From an uncultured Candidatus Rokubacteria bacterium (GTDB lineage: Bacteria; Methylomirabilota; Methylomirabilia; Rokubacteriales; DASRDR01): a stretch of 64,000 nt of DNA. The stretch lies in assembly GCA_963826115.1 (NCBI GenBank), contig CAWGVS010000005.1:768001-832000 (forward strand), written 5' to 3'. The notes under the pieces were generated by a model, which was not told where the DNA came from, searched no databases, and worked only from the letters and a program-made list of their open reading frames with translations. Below, piece by piece: positions 8,870 to 19,583 of the stretch. How positions within the stretch are numbered: position 1 is the first letter of the stretch; the number at the start of each line of letters is the position of its first letter. Position numbers and translations under genes: made by a program.

Positions 8870-9847
8870 CTACCGCCGTGCGGCCGCGGGCTCGGCGACG
8901 CGGGCGCCGACGCGAACCTGGGTCAGCCAGTCCGCGTAGCGCGGCGACCGGCCCCGCACCGTGTCGAAGAACGCGGTCCGGAGGTGCGTCGTGATCGGGC
9001 CGATCTGGCCCTGGCCCACGGGGCGACCGTCGATCGCCTCGATCCAGGCGATCTGGACGCCGGTGCCGCAGAAGAACGCCTCGTCCGCGACGTAGAGCTC
9101 CGTCCGGTCGATCTCGCGCTCCTCGATCCGGATGCCGGCGTCGCTCGCCATGCGGAGCACCGACCGCCGCGTGATGCCCTCGAGGATGTCGCCGGTGATG
9201 GGCGGGGTGATCAGCGTCTCGTTGCGCACGACGAAGAGGTTGCAGCCGCTGCCCTCGGCGACCTTCCCGGCGGTGTTGAGCATGATCGCCTCGTCGGCGC
9301 CGGCCTCCTCAGCCTCGTCCTTGGCGAGCGACGAGTTCACGTAGGCGCCGCTCAGCTTGCCGCGGCTCGGGATCGCGTTGTCCGGGATCCGGAACCAGGA
9401 CGAGACGACCGCGCGCTGGCCGCGATCGAGCGCGAGGTACTCCCCGAGGGGGAGCATGTACACCGCCAGCTCGTCGCCCATGCCGCGGAGGCGCGGGGTG
9501 AGCGTCACCGCCGGCTTGTAGATGAACGGACGGATGTAGCAGTCACCCTTCGGGGCGTTCCGCTCGATCAGGGAGACGATCGTCGCGGCGAGGGAGTCCC
9601 GGTCGAAGGGCAGGGACGCGCGGAGCAGGCGGCCCGAGTTCAGGAGTCGCTGCGCGTGGTCGGGCAGCCGGAAGACGTTGATCGTCGAGCCGTCGTCGTC
9701 GAGGTAGCCGCGGATTCCCGCGAAGGCGCCGGTCCCGTACTGGACCGTGTGCGTCCCGATGCTGATCCGCGCCTCGGCGAAGGGCACGATCCGGCCCTCG
9801 AAGAACGCGTACTCCATCATTGGCTGGGAACCCTTGGGCGTGGCCAT
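8870..9847 (-). CDS. ilvE: Branched-chain amino acid aminotransferase (class IV PLP enzyme)
   Basis: YGTGAFAGIR, KLSGAYVNS, EGSGCNLF, ILEGITRRS, DEAFFCGTG; ATG 9847 after GAGGAGG. Confidence 0.92.
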   Translation of the reverse strand: MATPKGSQPMMEYAFFEGRIVPFAEARISIGTHTVQYGTGAFAGIRGYLDDDGSTINVFRLPDHAQRLLNSGRLLRASLPFDRDSLAATIVSLIERNAPKGDCYIRPFIYKPAVTLTPRLRGMGDELAVYMLPLGEYLALDRGQRAVVSSWFRIPDNAIPSRGKLSGAYVNSSLAKDEAEEAGADEAIMLNTAGKVAEGSGCNLFVVRNETLITPPITGDILEGITRRSVLRMASDAGIRIEEREIDRTELYVADEAFFCGTGVQIAWIEAIDGRPVGQGQIGPITTHLRTAFFDTVRGRSPRYADWLTQVRVGARVAEPAAARR

Positions 9848-10053
9848 GCGGGACCTCCTCGTGGCGATGTGGGCGGAGTATGGCACGGGCCCCAGGCGCT
9901 CCCAATAGCCAACGCGACCGGATGGCCTCAGCAAGCTCGCGCGCCGCGTCACGCGGCGGCGGGGTCCTTGACCGTCCGGCAAGGGCGGCCTACGGTCCTG
10001 CCAACGAGCCCGTCCGCCGCTCGGCGGACCCGTGGGCGAGGGGAGACGAGGGC

Positions 10054-10677
10054 ATGCGAAGGATCGAGCCGGGAGGCGTCGCCGGGGAGGGCGAGGACAG
10101 CTCTCGGGGCGGGCTCACCGTCTGGATGGCGTGGGTCCGCCGCCAGCCCCTCCTCGCGGCCGCGCTGCTCGGCTTCTGCGTCGTCGCGGTCGTCGGACTG
10201 ATCGTGAGCCTGCCGCGCGGCACGCCCTCGACCGCGCGAGCCGGTCGCACGTCCGGAGGCGCGTCGTCGAGCATTCCGGAGCCCGCTGCGCCCGTCCCGC
10301 GCTCCGCCGAGGCACCCGCCGAGGCCCCGAGCGAGGCGCCGGGCCCGTGGGTCGGATCCGCGCCCTCGCCGGCATCGGCGCGCGGCCTCGCTCTCGTGTA
10401 CCGCTACCGGACGCTCCCGCCGGGCGGCGAGTCGCGCTACGAGTGGATCGTCCAGGTGCAGGGCGCCCGGACGGTACTGGACCGCGTGGACATCGTCACG
10501 TGGCAGATGGAGCCGGCCCCGAAGGACGGCGGGGAGCTCATCTCCCGCGATCGCGCGGCGGACGGATTCCCGCTCTTTGGCGATGGCCCGGGCGGCTGGT
10601 TCGGCGTGGCCGCGAAGATCCGGTTCCGGGACGGCTCGGAGGAGACGCTGTCGCGCCGGGTCGAGCTGTCGGACTGA
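10054..10677 (+). CDS. Membrane-anchored protein with C-terminal pYEATS-like domain
   Basis: N-terminal TM, Pro/Ala linker, then YEWIVQVQG..LDRVDIVTWQM..GFPLFGDG.GGWFGVAAKIRFRDG..LSRRVEL, a prokaryotic YEATS-like pattern. Confidence 0.6.
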   Translation: MRRIEPGGVAGEGEDSSRGGLTVWMAWVRRQPLLAAALLGFCVVAVVGLIVSLPRGTPSTARAGRTSGGASSSIPEPAAPVPRSAEAPAEAPSEAPGPWVGSAPSPASARGLALVYRYRTLPPGGESRYEWIVQVQGARTVLDRVDIVTWQMEPAPKDGGELISRDRAADGFPLFGDGPGGWFGVAAKIRFRDGSEETLSRRVELSD

Positions 10678-10680
10678 CGG

Positions 10681-11871
10681 TCAGCGCGCGCGCTGGCGCC
10701 GGCTCGGGCCGAGCACCACGACCGCCGCGCCCCCGGACCCGACCAGGACGAGCGCGACCGCCGCCGCGCCGACTCCGAAGCCTCCCCAGCCGGTCAGCCA
10801 GCCGACGATGACGGGCGCGGCGACCATGCCGAGGTCCGTGATGAACCGGTAGATGCTCACCGTCCGGCTGCCGAAGCGCCCGTGGAGGTACTCCGCGAGG
10901 AGAGACGCCGGGATCATCCACACGGTCATGCCGACGATGACGAGCGCACAGGCGAGCGTGTAGCCGGCGAGGCTCTGCGTCAGGGGGAGGAGGACGACGC
11001 CGGCCACGAGGACGCCCATTCCCGGGACCAGCACCCGGAGCCGGCCGAAGGTGTCGGCAGCCCAGCCCACCGGGATCAGGAGGACCGCCTCGGCCACGTA
11101 GCCGATGGCCAGCGCCCGGCCGATCGCGGCCGCGCTGAAGCCGAGCACCTGGCCCCCGTAGAGCGGCGCGAGGGTCACGATGGCGCCCGCCCAGCCGAAG
11201 GCGAGCCCGAACGCCACGAGGTAGATCGCGAACAGCGCGAGCGGCGCGGGCCGGGCTGCGGCGACGGAAGGGGATGCGCTCGGCGCGGCCACCGGCGGCG
11301 CCTGGAACATCGCGCGGATCGCAGGCAGGACACGCCAGGTCGCGATCAGCCAGCCGGCGCCGACCGCGGCGGCCGCCGCCGCGAAGCCCCAGCGCCACCC
11401 CGCGTACACGGAGACCGTGCCGGCGAGATACCCGCTGACCGCGTTGGCGCTGATCAGCGAGCCCTCGTACATGTTGCCGCGGCGGGTCCGCTGGGTCGGC
11501 GGCCCCGCCTGCATGAGGTACACGATTCCGACCAGGGCGGTCGCTCCGTACCCGAGGCCCACGAGCGCCCGGGCGATCGCCATGCGGGCCAGAGACGAGG
11601 CGGTCGCCGCGACCAGCGTGCCGACGAGGACCAGCGCCATGCCGGCATGCATCATCCGGGTCGGCCCGATGCGCTCGACGAGCACGCCGGCCGGCAGGGC
11701 CAGGAGTGACCGCGGCAGGCTGAAGGCCGTGCCGAGGAAGCCCGCGGCGGCGAGGCTCAGACTGAGGGCGGTCACGATCTCGGGCAGGAGCGGCGGGTAG
11801 ACGCCCTGACCGAAGTTCAGGAGGAAGCAGGCGAACAGGAACCACCGGAGCCCGGCGTGCTCACCAGCCAC
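10681..11871 (-). CDS. MFS transporter
   Basis: About 12 TM segments; motif-A-like GVLVERIG and GWAADTFGR. Confidence 0.9.
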   Translation of the reverse strand: MAGEHAGLRWFLFACFLLNFGQGVYPPLLPEIVTALSLSLAAAGFLGTAFSLPRSLLALPAGVLVERIGPTRMMHAGMALVLVGTLVAATASSLARMAIARALVGLGYGATALVGIVYLMQAGPPTQRTRRGNMYEGSLISANAVSGYLAGTVSVYAGWRWGFAAAAAAVGAGWLIATWRVLPAIRAMFQAPPVAAPSASPSVAAARPAPLALFAIYLVAFGLAFGWAGAIVTLAPLYGGQVLGFSAAAIGRALAIGYVAEAVLLIPVGWAADTFGRLRVLVPGMGVLVAGVVLLPLTQSLAGYTLACALVIVGMTVWMIPASLLAEYLHGRFGSRTVSIYRFITDLGMVAAPVIVGWLTGWGGFGVGAAAVALVLVGSGGAAVVVLGPSRRQRAR

Positions 11872-11904
11872 TCGCGCCGACCTCGCGCGTCGTTCGCGCC
11901 CCCC

Positions 11905-12885
11905 TCAGGACGCGAGGAAGTCCTGGAAGTACTCCTCGACCGTGATCCGCCGGCTGGTCAGCCCCAGCCGGAACGCCTCGCCCGCGAACATCTCGATCTG
12001 GGTCCGGTTCGGCTCGAGCCCGTAGGGGTGGAAGTCCTGGCCCATGACGGCTTCCGTGTCCTCGAGCTCGGCCTCGAGCCAGGGCGTCGCGTAGGGGAAG
12101 CCCTTCTGCGCGGCCGTGAAGACGTCGTTGGCGGCGCGGAACGCATCGGTGAGACGGCGCGCGATCCACCGGTGGGCCTCCCACGCCTCGCGCCGGAGCA
12201 CGATCAGGTGCTGGGGTGGAAACGCGCCGGTCTTCCGGAAGTACTCCTGCTCGACGGGGCGGAAGTCCGGGAAGAGGCGCGCGATGGGTCCGGTGCCCGG
12301 CCGGTAAGCTTGGGGCCGCGGCGGGCTGTAGATCGCGTCGAGGTCTCCCGCGACGAGCATGTCCGAGAGCGACCGCCCCGGCGGCGGCGTCTTCACGCCG
12401 GGCGGCAGGCTCGTGTCCATCGGCGTCGCCGACCACGGCGTGTCGATGTCGCCCACCCACCACTGGATGGCCAGCGGATCGAGGCCGAGGTAGCGGAGGA
12501 AGTGGCGGTACCAGATCGAGCCGCTGGCGGTGTAGCTGTACATGCCGATGCGCTTGCCGGCCAGATCCTCGGGTCGGCGGATCGGCCCATCGCGGCGGAC
12601 GTAGAGATCGCGGGCGGTGAAGTTCCTCAGCGGGAACACGGGCAGGCCGACGTAGCGGCGATCGCCCTTCTCCATTCGGTAGAGGTACTGCGCCATCGAC
12701 CACTCGCCGCCCTGGACCTCGGGGTCCTGGACGGCTCGACGCAGCATCTCGGCGCGGGCCGGCCACGAGCCGCGGTTCCCCAGGATCATCGTGAGCGCGA
12801 TGCCGTCCGGTTTCACCTCGCCGGTCGCGAGAGGGAGGATGCGGGCGTAGTCCGCGCAGGTGAGCGCGACTCGGAGGTCGGACAT
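11905..12885 (-). CDS. 4,5-dihydroxyphthalate decarboxylase-like protein (periplasmic-binding-protein fold)
   Basis: CADYARILPLATGEVKPDG, LPVFPLR.F, DLAGKRIG, RLFPDF..E.EYFRKTG.FP..H, MGQDFHPYG; CAGGAG SD. Confidence 0.8.
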   Translation of the reverse strand: MSDLRVALTCADYARILPLATGEVKPDGIALTMILGNRGSWPARAEMLRRAVQDPEVQGGEWSMAQYLYRMEKGDRRYVGLPVFPLRNFTARDLYVRRDGPIRRPEDLAGKRIGMYSYTASGSIWYRHFLRYLGLDPLAIQWWVGDIDTPWSATPMDTSLPPGVKTPPPGRSLSDMLVAGDLDAIYSPPRPQAYRPGTGPIARLFPDFRPVEQEYFRKTGAFPPQHLIVLRREAWEAHRWIARRLTDAFRAANDVFTAAQKGFPYATPWLEAELEDTEAVMGQDFHPYGLEPNRTQIEMFAGEAFRLGLTSRRITVEEYFQDFLAS

Positions 12886-13023
12886 GGTCAGCTCCTGGAC
12901 CGCGCCCCGCCCGGAACGGTCCGGAGGCGCGCGCGCGAGACGGGCGTCAAGGTCGTCGGGTCCCGGCGGAATTGGGCACCAGTCGCGACGGGCCGTCAAG
13001 CCCCGCCGCGCCGACCGGCGCGC

Positions 13024-14403
13024 CTAGAGCAGCGTGCCGCGGAGGATGAGGGCGGCGACGGAGAAGTAGATGACCAGCCCCGTCACGTCGACCAGCGTCG
13101 CCACGAACGGCGCCGAGGACGCGGCGGGGTCGAAGCCGAGTCGCCGCAGGACGAACGGCAGCATGGAGCCGGCGAGCGTGCCCCAGAGCACGATGAAGAG
13201 CAGCGCGACCCCCACCGTGACGGCGACGAGGAACCAGTGGGGTCCATAGAGGTCGGAGAACAGGGACCAGACCGAGATGCGGAGGAAGCCGATCGTGCCC
13301 AGGATGCTCCCGAGGACCAGGCCGGACCAGACCTCGCGGTGCATCACGCGCCACCACTGGCGCAGCGTCACCTCGCCGAGGGCGAGCGCCCGGATGACCA
13401 GGGTGGCCGCCTGCGATCCCGAGTTGCCGCCGCTCGAGATGATGAGGGGAACGAAGAGCGCGAGGACGACGGCCCGCTGGATCTCCTTCTCGAAGAACGC
13501 CATGGCCGTCGCGGTCAGCATCTCGCCCAGGAACAGGACGACCAGCCAGCTCGCCCGCCGGCGGATCATCGAACGGAACGGCATCGCCAGGTACGGCTCG
13601 TCCAGCGCTTCCATGCCGCCGAACCGCTGGAGGGTCCGGGTGGCGGCGGACTGGGCGACGTCCAGCACGTCGTCGACGGTGACGATGCCGATCAGCGCGC
13701 CGTTCGAGTCGGTGACCGGGAGGGCGACGCGGTCCTCCCGCTGGAACAGGGTGATGGCCGACTCCTGGGTGTCCGCGGCCTTCAGCGAGACGACCCGCCC
13801 GTCCATCACGTCGGCGACGCGAGTGTTGGGCGGGAGCAGGAGGATCTTGCGGATGGGGATCTCGCCGATGAGCCGGCCCCGGTCGTCGATGACGTAGACG
13901 ATCGACAGGGTCTCGCTGTCGTGGCCGTAGCGGCGGATGTGGTCGAGGACGTAGGCCATGGTCCAGTCGGGCCGGACGCGGACGTAGTCGGGCGTGAGAA
14001 GCCGGCCGATGCTGCCCTCGGGGTAGCCGAGCAGCTTGATCGCGACCGACCGCTCTTCCGGGGTGAGGAGCTGGAGGAGCTGCTGGGTCACCGTGGCCGG
14101 CAGCTCGTCCAGGAGCGCGGTGCGGTCGTCCGGCGCCATCTCGTTCAGGATCTTGGCGACCTCCTCCTTGGCCATGGCCTTGAGCAGCCGCTCCTGGGCC
14201 TCGAGCGGGACGTACTCGAAGACGTCGGCGGCGAGGTCGCGTGGCAACACCCGGAAGGCGAGCACCTGCTGCTCGACCGGCAGGCCCTCGAGGAAGCCGG
14301 CCGCCGTGGGCGGGGTGGAGTGCCGGAGCGCGTCCTGGAGAGCGGAGAAGTCCCGGGTCGCGATGATCCGGGCAAGGTCCGGGGCGGCGGGCTCGACGGC
14401 CAT
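13024..14403 (-). CDS. mgtE: Magnesium transporter MgtE
   Basis: MgtE_N, CBS pair, SGGNSGSQ, DPAASSAPFVATLVDVTG; ATG 14403 after GAGGGAG. Confidence 0.95.
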   Translation of the reverse strand: MAVEPAAPDLARIIATRDFSALQDALRHSTPPTAAGFLEGLPVEQQVLAFRVLPRDLAADVFEYVPLEAQERLLKAMAKEEVAKILNEMAPDDRTALLDELPATVTQQLLQLLTPEERSVAIKLLGYPEGSIGRLLTPDYVRVRPDWTMAYVLDHIRRYGHDSETLSIVYVIDDRGRLIGEIPIRKILLLPPNTRVADVMDGRVVSLKAADTQESAITLFQREDRVALPVTDSNGALIGIVTVDDVLDVAQSAATRTLQRFGGMEALDEPYLAMPFRSMIRRRASWLVVLFLGEMLTATAMAFFEKEIQRAVVLALFVPLIISSGGNSGSQAATLVIRALALGEVTLRQWWRVMHREVWSGLVLGSILGTIGFLRISVWSLFSDLYGPHWFLVAVTVGVALLFIVLWGTLAGSMLPFVLRRLGFDPAASSAPFVATLVDVTGLVIYFSVAALILRGTLL

Positions 14404-14580
14404 GGGGCGCTCCCTCGGGCGGTCGGGACGGTCGGGCGAAGTCGAGGCCGAGCCTACCACGTCGAACTCGGGGTCAGGTCTCAACTTTGGTGCTGTCCCG
14501 GTGGGCGCGATTTCAACGCGAGGCCTGACCCCGGACCTTGGGCCGTGGGCATGAAACCTCTGAGGGTCAGGGGACGGCCG

Positions 14581-14610
14581 TTGACAGGGTGGGGGGTTCC
14601 CTGGCAGTCT
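14581..14610 (+). promoter_or_regulatory. sigma70-like promoter of the leuA leader
   Basis: TTGACA(14581-86)-18-CAGTCT(14605-10) with TG extension. Confidence 0.6.
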
Positions 14611-14617
14611 GGACCCC

Positions 14618-16457
<1,840 letters not shown>

Positions 16458-16500
16458 GCGCCCGGGGACTCCGAGCGGGGCGGTCGAGCGGCCTGACGCG

Positions 16501-16941
16501 TCAGGCGGCGGCGCCGACGACGAGCACCGGGCGGCCCGCCTGAGCCGCCACCTCGCTCGAGACCGACCCGAGGAGCATCGCCCCGAGCCGGGTATGTCCT
16601 CGGCTCCCCACGACCACGAGGTCGTAACCTCCGGCGCCCGCGGTCTCGATGATGGTCGCGGCCGGGGATCCCGCCAGCGCCTCGACCTGCGGGTCCCGCG
16701 CCCCGGCGTTGACCGCGACGCTTCGCGCCTCGTCCAGGACGCGCTGCGCGTCGGTGAGAGCCTGCCCCAGGGCCCGCGAGTAGTTCGGTTCACCCAGCGC
16801 GTCCGACGGGGCGTGGTACGCGGTCATGATGGTGAGCTTCGCCGAAAGCGCCACGGCGAGTCGTGTCGCGGTGCGGACCGCGGCGTAGGCGTGGTCGCTC
16901 CCGTCCACCGCTACGAGGATGCTTTCGAAGGGTCGCTCCAC
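16501..16941 (-). CDS. Universal stress protein
   Basis: ILVAVDGS, DLVVVGSRG..LLGSVS..PVLVV; GTG 16941 after GGAAGGAGG. Confidence 0.92.
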   Translation of the reverse strand: MERPFESILVAVDGSDHAYAAVRTATRLAVALSAKLTIMTAYHAPSDALGEPNYSRALGQALTDAQRVLDEARSVAVNAGARDPQVEALAGSPAATIIETAGAGGYDLVVVGSRGHTRLGAMLLGSVSSEVAAQAGRPVLVVGAAA

Positions 16942-17099
16942 GGGTGGCCTCCTTCCGGGCTCTCGAATTGCCGACCGCCCGGCCTGCTTCCTGCCTCCAT
17001 TGTGAGGGCTCTCGCGAGTCGGCCGCCACACGGCGCCAGCCGGGCGGGCGGGGAGGGGCGGCCCGTGATTCGCCGACAGCCCAGATCGCCCCGCTTTCC

Positions 17100-17128
17100 T
17101 TGACACTCCGCAGGGTCCTCTGTAAGGT
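17100..17128 (+). promoter_or_regulatory. sigma70-like promoter of the bactofilin operon
   Basis: TTGACA-17-TAAGGT. Confidence 0.65.
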
Positions 17129-17163
17129 AACAGTGTTTCGGAACGTCCATGCGGGAGGCGCTC

Positions 17164-17607
17164 GTGTTCAGGAGTCTCCGGAAGTTTTTCGGGTTTGACT
17201 CCGTCGAAGACGACGAGCTCGAGCCCGTGACGGCGCTGGCTTCGGGGAGTACTCATTCCGGCGCGTTCCGGGTGGGCGAGAAGCTCTCCATCAAGGGAGA
17301 GATCGTCGGGGAGGGGGACCTCGAGCTGGCCGGGCGGTTCGAGGGCATCGTCAACGTGAACGGGCGGGTGATCGTGGGGGAGCGGGCCGAGGTCGACGCG
17401 GACATCAGCGCGTCGAACATCGTGGTCGGCGGCAAGGTCCGCGGGAACCTCAACGCCACCGGCCGGGTCGAGATCCTGCCGCAGGGCATCCTCACCGGGA
17501 ACCTGAAGAGCGGGAGCTTCACTGCGGCGGACGGTGCGCTCGTGAAGGGGGAGATCGTGGTGGATCGAGGCAGGGGACGGGTCGAGGTCGTGGGAGGTCA
17601 GCCGTGA
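17164..17607 (+). CDS. Bactofilin (polymer-forming cytoskeletal protein)
   Basis: Beta-helix repeats IKGEI.GEGDLELAGRFEG..VGGKVRGNL.ATGRVEI..GA.VKG; GTG 17164 after GGAGG (ATG 17149 alternative). Confidence 0.88.
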   Translation: MFRSLRKFFGFDSVEDDELEPVTALASGSTHSGAFRVGEKLSIKGEIVGEGDLELAGRFEGIVNVNGRVIVGERAEVDADISASNIVVGGKVRGNLNATGRVEILPQGILTGNLKSGSFTAADGALVKGEIVVDRGRGRVEVVGGQP

Positions 17608-18374
17608 GGGGTCTTCTGGCCGTGTCGGTCGCCCTCCTGGCGTGCGGTCCCGCGGCGGCCGGTGAGCTGATCTTCGCGAACGGCAACCGCCTCGAGGGCG
17701 AGCTCTCCAACGAGGCGCTGATGCTATCGACCGGCTCCGGCCTGGTCGAGATCGCCCCCGACGAGATCGCCGCGCTGACGCGCGACGAGGTCCGCCTCCG
17801 CGACGGGCGCGTCGTCCAGGGGACGCTGGTCGGCGGCCAGATCAAGGCTCGCACCTCCCTCGGTGAAATTGCCATCAAGGTGGACGACCTCCAGTCGTAC
17901 CGGGCGTCCGCCGTGGCCGCGGAGGCCTCCGCCGGGACCCAGCCCGCGGGCAAGGCGACTCCGGCCGTGGCCACGACGCCGACGGCGGCCACGACGCCCG
18001 CCGGACCCGGCGCGACGAGCACCGGGGTCGTGGGTGGCCTGCCGACCGTCGCGGCCTACCAGGACCCCACCGGACGCCAGCCGACCGGTGCGGCCGGCCC
18101 GAGCGTGCAGAAGGCGATCCTCACGCCGGACACGCCCGGCGGTCGCACCTACGAGGTCGTCGGCGAGAGCGTGCTCTACCGCGACGCGCTCGTCAGCTCC
18201 TCGCGGGTCGGTCGCGTCTCGGCCGGCCAGCAGGTGCGGTACGTGGACTCGATCGACCGGCGGCTCCGGATCCTGAACCTCCTGGTGTTCGACGGGGGCC
18301 ACTGGGTGAAGATCCGCCTGGCCGACGGCACCGAGGGCTGGGTCCCGGCCGACTCCGTGCGCGAGGTGCGGTGA
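17604..18374 (+). CDS. Secreted/lipoprotein with C-terminal SH3-like domain
   Basis: Signal peptide with LAC; duplicated NG/DG..G.L beta motif; Thr/Pro linker; WVKIRLADGTEGWV SH3b-like end; GTGA overlap with bactofilin. Confidence 0.7.
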   Translation: MRGLLAVSVALLACGPAAAGELIFANGNRLEGELSNEALMLSTGSGLVEIAPDEIAALTRDEVRLRDGRVVQGTLVGGQIKARTSLGEIAIKVDDLQSYRASAVAAEASAGTQPAGKATPAVATTPTAATTPAGPGATSTGVVGGLPTVAAYQDPTGRQPTGAAGPSVQKAILTPDTPGGRTYEVVGESVLYRDALVSSSRVGRVSAGQQVRYVDSIDRRLRILNLLVFDGGHWVKIRLADGTEGWVPADSVREVR

Positions 18375-19012
18375 GCGGACTCCGCGGCTGGTTCTCCGCG
18401 CTTCCCGCGGGGGCCCGCTGGATCCTCCTGGGCATCGTCCTCGTCTTCGTCCTGAGCGTCCTCGCCGGTGGCGTGTGGAGCTGGCTCGGCCATCGCGAGG
18501 AGGTTGCCCAGCGCGCCTTCGCTCCGGTCTTCGCGAACGCGCAGCGGGCGGTCGGCTCCGGTCAGCCCGGGGACCTCGAGGCGGCGGCGACCGCCCTCCG
18601 GCAGTTCCTCGCCGGCCACTCGGGCAAGGCGACCGTCCAGGCCTGGTACGTGCTCGGCCAGGTCGAGTTTCGGCGGGGCCAGTGGGACGCCGCGGCGTCG
18701 GCGTACGCGGAGGCGGCCCGCCGCGACCGCGGCAGCATCGGCGCCCTGAGCCGGCTCGGCCAGGGATACGCGCTCGAGGCCAAGGGGGATCTGGCCCGGG
18801 CCGTCGAGCTGTACCAGCAGGCCCTGGGCGGCCTGGGGCCGAAGGACTTCCTCTACGGCGACCTTCTGCTCGGCAAGGCGCGGGCCCAGGAGCTGGCCAA
18901 GGACTCCACGGGCGCCGTGGCTACCTACAAGCAGTTCCTGAAAGACCTGCCGGCGGCCGACCGCGCGCAGGACGTTCGCATCCGCCTCGCGCTGCTCGGC
19001 AGCGCCGCCTAG
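18371..19012 (+). CDS. Membrane-anchored TPR protein (YfgM-like)
   Basis: N-terminal TM then TPR helices (AWYVLGQV..A...Y, LGQGYALEAKG, KARAQE); GTGA overlap. Confidence 0.8.
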   Translation: MSGLRGWFSALPAGARWILLGIVLVFVLSVLAGGVWSWLGHREEVAQRAFAPVFANAQRAVGSGQPGDLEAAATALRQFLAGHSGKATVQAWYVLGQVEFRRGQWDAAASAYAEAARRDRGSIGALSRLGQGYALEAKGDLARAVELYQQALGGLGPKDFLYGDLLLGKARAQELAKDSTGAVATYKQFLKDLPAADRAQDVRIRLALLGSAA

Positions 19013-19285
19013 CGCGCGCGGGCCGACCGAGACCGCCAGGGCGCCAGCCCGCAGGCGGGGATTGCGAGTTCCGGCGGGATCCAGGCGCGGGCGTCGGCCT
19101 GGGTGGCGGTTTCTGGTGAATCTGACAGAATCCTTGTTATCGGACATTAGAGCGCCACGTGTGAGCCAGCGCGATGCCGGGCCCAGGTCACACATACATC
19201 GAGTTGCGGGGTCCTCGCCTTGTGTGCTGCGCTGTGGCTACCGCGCTCCGGTCGCTGGGAGGGTCGGACGGCGCTCGGGAGTCCC

Positions 19286-19558
19286 ATGACGGCCCGGGCG
19301 GGTCGGCTGCTGATCATCAAGACCCTCCGGCGAGACGGCGCTCGGTGGTTGGCAGACGCAGAGTACGGGTCCGGGCCGGACCACCTGGAGCGGGTCGAGC
19401 TGACGGCGACCGCGGCCGGCGTGGAGGTCGCTGTCACGTTCGTGACCGGTCACGGGTATCGCGTGAGACTGACGCTGGTTCAGGCAGACGTCCTGGAGGG
19501 CACCCAGACGGTCGGCGACGGGTACCCGATCGGGCTGCGACTGAATCGGACGCGTTAG
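19286..19558 (+). CDS. Small hypothetical protein
   Basis: 90-aa beta-rich ORF, GGGAG SD before ATG 19286. Confidence 0.45.
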   Translation: MTARAGRLLIIKTLRRDGARWLADAEYGSGPDHLERVELTATAAGVEVAVTFVTGHGYRVRLTLVQADVLEGTQTVGDGYPIGLRLNRTR

Positions 19559-19583
19559 AGGACGGCGGGGCGACCGAGGCCCC

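Noticed and set aside
19160-19195. TGTGA..TCACA as a CRP/FNR site
   Set aside because: Half-sites are over 20 bp apart rather than 6
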